Virus record (IMG/VR): IMGVR_UViG_2917802685_000001
Location: 1 to 64,000 of that record
Origin: a virus
Lineage: Duplodnaviria > Caudoviricetes
Direction: 5' to 3' (one strand)
Length of the DNA stretch: 64,000 nt
The position numbers and the translations under genes are program-made. Below, piece after piece: positions 58,740 through 64,000 of the stretch (within the stretch, counting starts at the first letter, position 1; the number at the start of each line of letters is the position of its first letter). A model generated the notes under the pieces. It had not been told where the DNA came from. It did not search any database and saw nothing but the letters and a program-made list of their open reading frames with translations.

Positions 58740-58783
58740 TGTCCACCAGCTCTTCACCGACGTGAAGGGCTGGAGGTGCAGGG
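58740..58783 (+). promoter_or_regulatory. Late-gene motif (variant) with hairpin over the RBS
   Basis: TGTCC at 58740, AAGGGCTGG at 58765; CCAGCTCTTCA/TGAAGGGCTGG arms. Confidence 0.55.
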
Positions 58784-61471
58784 ATGACGGACATCAGCGC
58801 GACCAGCTTCTTCCGCCAGGCGGGCGTCGCCGACGGCGGCATCGACTTCGACCACGAAGAGACCGACACCGGCAGCTCGATCTGGCCGACCAGGATCAAG
58901 CTCAAGGCCCTGCACCCCGAGACCGGCGAGGAGATGGGCTTCCTCGACTACCAGGTGCCCCGCCGCAAGACCAACAAGATCACCGTCCATGAGCTGAAGA
59001 CCCACGAGGACTACCAGCGCAAGGGCGTCGGCTCCGCCCTCATGGACGAGATGCAGCGCCGCCACCCCGGCACGCCTGTAGATCACGGCGACCGCACCCC
59101 CGCCGGTAAGGCGTGGTGGAAGGGCTACACCGACGGCAAGAAGGTCACCCGGGGCCGAACCATGGCCACCCGCACGACGGCCGCCGCCCCGGAGACCTTC
59201 GCGCGCGGCGACGGCGAGGATTGGCTGGCGCACCGCCAGCGCGTCCGCCACGGCCTGTCCACGGGCCGCATCTCCTACCCGCAGGCCCGCGAGCACGGCT
59301 ACGACGGCGATGCGCGAGAGGACACCCGCGACAGCTGGACCGGACAGCACACCGAAGGCAAGGGCTGGCAGCCCCTGCCCCACCAGCTCTACCACACCAC
59401 CACCGACGCCGCCGGAGTCGCCGCCCACGGCCTGCGCAGCGGCGGAGAACTCGGTCAGGACAGGGGCCACGGTCTCGGCGGCACCCCCGAGTGGCTGTCC
59501 CTGACCGACCACCACGACAACGCCCACAACATGCTCGATGCGATGCACGAGTACCACGCCCACCTCAACGGCAAGACCAGCTTCCCTGACCTCCACCGAG
59601 CGGCCGAGAGCGGAGAGGGCGCCCAGCAGCCCTTCCACAAGCCCTTCGTGGACGGCATCTCGGAGATGTACAACGAGCACCACCGAGACTCGCTGATGCG
59701 GGGGAAGCGCATCGAGCCCGGCTTCGCCACCTACGACGAGGCCAAGGAGAAGGGCTGGACGCCACACCCGACCCTCCACAAGGACTTCGGCGAGGACAAG
59801 CACGGCCGCCACATCGGCACCGGCTGGGAGCGCGACTCCAACCTCGAAGAGCGCCACGACGAGTACGGAGCCTTCTCCCGCGCCCGCCAGTTCTCCGGCA
59901 ACGGCAAGCCCTCCGTGCTGTTCACCAGCAACGACCGCCGGGCGTTCGCCGACAAGGACCCCAGGAACTTCGCCGTCCTCCACGTCCGCCCCCGCCCCGG
60001 CGGCCACGGCTTCCCCGGCGGCGACAAGCACGAGTGGCGCACCGGCAGCGGCGACGCCGTTGAGGTCCACGGCGAGCCCATCCGCCGTCAGGCCCTACGC
60101 GTCACGGCGGCCGTCCAGGACGGCGACGACATCCCGTCCCGCCTCCTCAACCCCCACGGCCACCACGTCCGCGCCCGGGTCGAGGGCAACACGAACGTTG
60201 AGATGGTCCCGCGCCACGAGGTCGAGCGCTACGCCAGCCAGCCGACCGACGACGCGCACACCAAGGAGGTCGGCACCCACGTCGCCACCAGCGGCGAGAT
60301 GGAGCCCCTCCTCCTGCACTACCACCCCGCCAGCGGTGAGGCCTACCTCGGCGAGGGCAACCACCGCTTGCGCGCCGCCAAGGCCCTGGGTATGGACCAC
60401 GTCCCCCTGCGCGTGAGCCGCTCCAGCTACGGCCTGCCCGGCCCCGGCGTGAAGGTCCCCCAGGACCACCCCGCCATCGCGGCAGGCGGCCACGTCCCGG
60501 CCGACATCTACCCCAGCCACATCGGCCTCACCGCAGTGGACAAGCCCGCCATCCCGGAGGGTGACCTGCGCAGCGCCAGGAACGACTACAACCTCACCGG
60601 CCGCCCCCGCCTGGCGGCAGCCGACACCCCCGTGCCGGACAACACCCAGCCGTACCAGCACGAGCACGACTGGCTTCCCCACGGCCACTTCTTCGGCCCC
60701 GGGAAGAAGGGCCTGGACCCGCGCCTGTTCGACGAGAACGACCGGATGCACCCGATCGTCCGCCAGCACCTGCTGTCTCTGCTCAACGCCTTCTGGACCC
60801 CGAAGTACGGCGACTCCTGGCAGTCCTGGGCCCGCGTCTACCTCACCGGCTCCGAGGCCTCCCACTGGTACGGCAACGGCGACCTCGACGTCCTCATCGG
60901 CATTGACCACGAGGCCCTCAACCACCACGTCGACCACTTCACCGGCGAGCCGGACGACGCGGTCGACGAGCGCCTCACCAACGAGCTGCGCGAGGGCCTC
61001 AACGACGACCACCGGATGTTCCCCGGCCCGGACGGCAAGGACACCGGCCCCTGGGAGTCGACCTTCTACGTCAACCCGGGCTCGTACGACATCCGCGACC
61101 TCAAGCCCTACGCCGCCTACGACATCACCCGCGACGAGTGGGCCGTCAAGCCGGTCGAGGTCCCCGACGACTTCGGGCCCGAGAAGCTCCCCGAGTCCAC
61201 CTGGGACGTCCTCGACGCGCTGCAGAAGCTCATCGGCGCCATCCAGGAGCTGCCCGCCGGAACCCGGGAGCGCGAGGGCGCCGCGCTGTACGATTACCTC
61301 CACGCTGACCGCCACAGCGCTTTCGGCCCCGAGGGATCGGGCCTCTATGACCCTGCCAACGCTGTCTGGAAGGCCCTCGACAAGGCCCCCGGCAAGCCGC
61401 TGCAGCAGCTCATCGACTGGAAACACGCCCACGACGGGACCGCCGCCACGGACCTGGAGACCGCAGCATGA
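58784..61471 (+). CDS. Polyvalent protein 1: GNAT + ART-like + ParB/Srx-like + nucleotidyltransferase
   Basis: YQRKGVGSALM; LYHTT..GL..WLSLT..HEW; GEGNHRLRAA; LTGSEAS..DLDVLI. Confidence 0.75.
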   Translation: MTDISATSFFRQAGVADGGIDFDHEETDTGSSIWPTRIKLKALHPETGEEMGFLDYQVPRRKTNKITVHELKTHEDYQRKGVGSALMDEMQRRHPGTPVDHGDRTPAGKAWWKGYTDGKKVTRGRTMATRTTAAAPETFARGDGEDWLAHRQRVRHGLSTGRISYPQAREHGYDGDAREDTRDSWTGQHTEGKGWQPLPHQLYHTTTDAAGVAAHGLRSGGELGQDRGHGLGGTPEWLSLTDHHDNAHNMLDAMHEYHAHLNGKTSFPDLHRAAESGEGAQQPFHKPFVDGISEMYNEHHRDSLMRGKRIEPGFATYDEAKEKGWTPHPTLHKDFGEDKHGRHIGTGWERDSNLEERHDEYGAFSRARQFSGNGKPSVLFTSNDRRAFADKDPRNFAVLHVRPRPGGHGFPGGDKHEWRTGSGDAVEVHGEPIRRQALRVTAAVQDGDDIPSRLLNPHGHHVRARVEGNTNVEMVPRHEVERYASQPTDDAHTKEVGTHVATSGEMEPLLLHYHPASGEAYLGEGNHRLRAAKALGMDHVPLRVSRSSYGLPGPGVKVPQDHPAIAAGGHVPADIYPSHIGLTAVDKPAIPEGDLRSARNDYNLTGRPRLAAADTPVPDNTQPYQHEHDWLPHGHFFGPGKKGLDPRLFDENDRMHPIVRQHLLSLLNAFWTPKYGDSWQSWARVYLTGSEASHWYGNGDLDVLIGIDHEALNHHVDHFTGEPDDAVDERLTNELREGLNDDHRMFPGPDGKDTGPWESTFYVNPGSYDIRDLKPYAAYDITRDEWAVKPVEVPDDFGPEKLPESTWDVLDALQKLIGAIQELPAGTREREGAALYDYLHADRHSAFGPEGSGLYDPANAVWKALDKAPGKPLQQLIDWKHAHDGTAATDLETAA

Positions 61472-63954
61472 CCGAGTTCAACGCCGTCGCCCACTTCCGC
61501 CAGGCTGCCTGGTCCGACGAGGAAGGCCTGTCCGACAAGACCCGGGCCGCCGTCGACCGGGCCGAGGGCGACTGGCACACCCACCGGCAGTACCTCGCCG
61601 AAGACCACATGAACAAGCAACTGGACCCGGAGACCAACCGGCTCGCCCACCAGGGCCACGCCCAGCGCACCGCCAACAAGATCACCGACGCCGAGGGCCT
61701 GCCCCCCGTCAAGGTCCTCGTCCACGACTCACCGAACGTCGCCGGGCGCGGCACAGCCCACGACGGCAGCCCGGTCATCGCGCTCGGCGAGAACACCCTG
61801 AAGCACACCACCCTCATCCACGAGCTGACGCACCACATGCGCCAGCCCCACGAGGACGACCCCGACCACAACGCGGGCGGCTTCTACGGCGACTACATCG
61901 GCATGCTGCAGCGCCACCACCCCGACCCCGACGCGTACGTGCACATGATGGACGCCAACAAGCTCGCCGTGGCCCACATGCGCGCCCACCCCGGCAACTT
62001 CCCACCCCGGACCGCGAGTGCGGCCTACGATGCCCCAGAAGGAGGCAGCCATGGATCCGAACGAGCAGGACGAGACGATGGACCCCGAGGTCGAAGCGGA
62101 GATCCTGCAGAGGCACGACACTCCCGGGGAGCGCAGCACGGTCAGCGTGAACGAGCTGCGGCACCGGGCCGCCGTGTCCGCGCAGCAGCAGGCGTAGAGC
62201 GCCACCCCGAGCTGCAGGGCGACCTCGACCGCCTCGGCGGAGGCGCCCGCCACGTCCAGGAGACCATCGACGCCCTGCACCACGGCGGCTCCGGCGGCGC
62301 CGTCACCTACCCGCTCTCGCACCCGCTGGAGGGCTGGCACGCAGCCCTCACCAGCGGCGGCCACCAGGTCGTGCACCGGCACGACGGCGAAACCCTCCAC
62401 GTCGGCTACGCCGGACACAACATCGCCGACGCCGAGCAGCGCCTGGGCGCCAGCAACGGAAACGGCTCCCTGCCGGTGGAGTTCCACAAGGGCGCCGAGA
62501 AAGACTTCGACGGCCTCCACCCCGAGGTCCAGGAGAAGGCCCTCAACACCATCGACCGCCTCGCACGCGGCGAGCAGCACAAGTACGACCACGCCCTCAA
62601 CGGCGGACAATGGGAGAGCGGCGGCTGGCGATCGGCCCGCGCCGACTTCCTGCACCGCGTCACCCACCGCTTCGAGGACGCCGACGGCAACCCCACTCCT
62701 CCCGAGCGCGCGGCCCGGCTGTTCGTCGGCCACATTGGCCCGCACAACTACGGCGACGCCGCCAAGCGCCTCTCCAGCCTGACCGGCTTCTTCCGGCAGG
62801 CCAGCCTGCCGCAGGAGTGGTACCACGGCTCCGGGGCCGTCTTCGACCGCTTCGATCCGAGCAAGGACAAGACCGTCCAGGACGAGAGCGCCGAGCCCAA
62901 GCACTGGAACAGCCACCTCGGCTCCCACTTCTCCAGCGACCACCGCGTCGCCCAGGAGTTCGCCCAGCGCCAGGGCGGCGGCCACGTCTACCACGTCCAG
63001 CTCAACCTGCAGAACCCCAAGCACTACGAGTCCGAGCACGACCTGGACAAGGAAGCTGTCCTGTGGGCTCACCACAACGGCCACGACATGGGGCCGTCGG
63101 TGAGCAAACCGGCCTACCGCGAGCACATCGAGCCGGACGAGTGGCAGTTCTTCCCCAAGTACGACGACCACGGCGACCCCCGGCCGAACACCCAAGAGAT
63201 CGCCCACGGCTTCCGTGACCACCTCAAGGCCCAGGGGCACGACGGCATCACCTACGGCAACGAGTTCGAGGGCGCCCACAACGGCTTCCACGCCGGAGAA
63301 CGGCACCTCAGCGCTATCGCCTTCCACCCTGACCAGGTCACCATCACGCAGCGGCACAGAGGCAACGAGCCCCACACCGCCGCCCTGCAACTGACCGAGG
63401 CCGAAAACCGTCTGCTGCAGCGTCAGGCGGCGGCCGTCGAGAACGGCAGTGGCGTGATGGTTGCGTTCGTCCCGCCGCACGAGGTGGCAGAGCAACTCGC
63501 CCTGCACGGCGGCCAATTGGTCGATGACCTGCACATCACCCTGGCGTACCTGGGCAATGTGGCCGACTACACCAAAGAGCAGCTGACACTGCTGCCGCAA
63601 TTGGTTTCGGCCTGGGCAATGAGGCAAAAGGCAGTTACGATCCACATCGGAGGCGTTGGAACGTTCAACAACGCCTACAAAGACCAGCACGTCCTGTGGG
63701 CGCACCCCGACATACCCGGTGGGGTGCAGATGCACGTCAGCCTGGCTGACTACCTGGAACGGTACGGGTACCGTCTTCCCAGTGAGCACGGCTGGACGGC
63801 CCATATGACGCTGCAATACGTCGACCGGCACAAGCGGTTCATGCCGCAGCTGCCAGAAGTCGGCTGGGAGGCGACCGAGGTGGTCACCTTTGTCGGAGCG
63901 GCTCGCCACGCCGCGCGCCTCGGCCTCCGTCCCAGCACACCCACCACGCTCTAG
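61468..63954 (+). CDS. Polyvalent protein 2: zincin + two RelE/ParE-like + ART-PolyVal-like + 2H phosphoesterase
   Basis: HELTH; VEFHKGAEKDF..HRVTHRF..HIGPH; WYHGS..HFS..LQNP..GHDGI; LHITL...AHMTL. Confidence 0.75.
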   Translation: MTEFNAVAHFRQAAWSDEEGLSDKTRAAVDRAEGDWHTHRQYLAEDHMNKQLDPETNRLAHQGHAQRTANKITDAEGLPPVKVLVHDSPNVAGRGTAHDGSPVIALGENTLKHTTLIHELTHHMRQPHEDDPDHNAGGFYGDYIGMLQRHHPDPDAYVHMMDANKLAVAHMRAHPGNFPPRTASAAYDAPEGGSHGSERAGRDDGPRGRSGDPAEARHSRGAQHGQRERAAAPGRRVRAAAGVERHPELQGDLDRLGGGARHVQETIDALHHGGSGGAVTYPLSHPLEGWHAALTSGGHQVVHRHDGETLHVGYAGHNIADAEQRLGASNGNGSLPVEFHKGAEKDFDGLHPEVQEKALNTIDRLARGEQHKYDHALNGGQWESGGWRSARADFLHRVTHRFEDADGNPTPPERAARLFVGHIGPHNYGDAAKRLSSLTGFFRQASLPQEWYHGSGAVFDRFDPSKDKTVQDESAEPKHWNSHLGSHFSSDHRVAQEFAQRQGGGHVYHVQLNLQNPKHYESEHDLDKEAVLWAHHNGHDMGPSVSKPAYREHIEPDEWQFFPKYDDHGDPRPNTQEIAHGFRDHLKAQGHDGITYGNEFEGAHNGFHAGERHLSAIAFHPDQVTITQRHRGNEPHTAALQLTEAENRLLQRQAAAVENGSGVMVAFVPPHEVAEQLALHGGQLVDDLHITLAYLGNVADYTKEQLTLLPQLVSAWAMRQKAVTIHIGGVGTFNNAYKDQHVLWAHPDIPGGVQMHVSLADYLERYGYRLPSEHGWTAHMTLQYVDRHKRFMPQLPEVGWEATEVVTFVGAARHAARLGLRPSTPTTL
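62051..62197 (+). CDS. Nested +1-frame 48-aa ORF, putative antitoxin
   Basis: GAAGGAGG RBS at 62038-62045; MDPNEQDETMDPEVEAEILQRHDTPGERSTVSVNELRHRAAVSAQQQA; ends where the first RelE-like domain starts. Confidence 0.6.
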   Translation: MDPNEQDETMDPEVEAEILQRHDTPGERSTVSVNELRHRAAVSAQQQA

Positions 63955-64000
63955 AGTCCCGCCAGACCGGAGCAGTCAGGAGAACGCTCAAGTGAGCACC

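Larger units (their letters stand above)
1..64000. mobile_element. Large contractile-tailed phage-plasmid (partial), actinomycete host inferred
   Basis: Tail/baseplate genes, terminase, phage replisome, ParA cassette and plasmid-type Rep occur together; no host housekeeping synteny and no integrase in the window. Confidence 0.85.

Noticed and set aside
60190-60430. ParB-like domain as the partition ParB
   Set aside because: It lies inside a polyvalent protein far from parA and lacks an HTH; more likely a ParB/Srx-fold effector

Overview
This 64-kb, GC-rich window (Streptomyces-like codon usage, so the host is inferred to be an actinomycete) is part of a large phage-plasmid with a contractile tail. 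1-24.7 kb: tail and baseplate module (sheath end, tube, frameshifted chaperones, tape measure, hub-lysin, gp25, J, fibres), interrupted by an antisense parA + centromere-binding cassette. 24.8-29 kb: SNF2 helicase and a plasmid-type Rep gene. 29-56 kb: replication, recombination and regulatory region (DinG, 5'-3' exonuclease, DnaC, DnaB, primase, SSB, DnaE, RecA, Cas4-like and RuvC-like nucleases, WhiB, LuxR, XRE, sigma-region-4 protein). 56-64 kb: large terminase, a candidate structured ncRNA and two polyvalent effector proteins. No capsid, portal, integrase, tRNA, rRNA or CRISPR array was recognised. The main novel signals, found by eye: (1) 18 leader hairpins with an invariant CCGCCA loop and variable stems, in front of early/replication genes, rep and one downstream gene; (2) a ~170-nt candidate structured RNA whose loop is UGGCGG, the exact complement; (3) a separate late-gene motif TGT(C/G/T)C-N~20-AAGGGGTGA lying inside hairpins that would hide the Shine-Dalgarno sequence; (4) Cys-free, His-rich polyproteins whose domains are delimited by R-x-A motifs, with a nested +1-frame antitoxin-like gene just before two RelE-like domains. 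All protein-family calls come from motif recognition; no database search was run.
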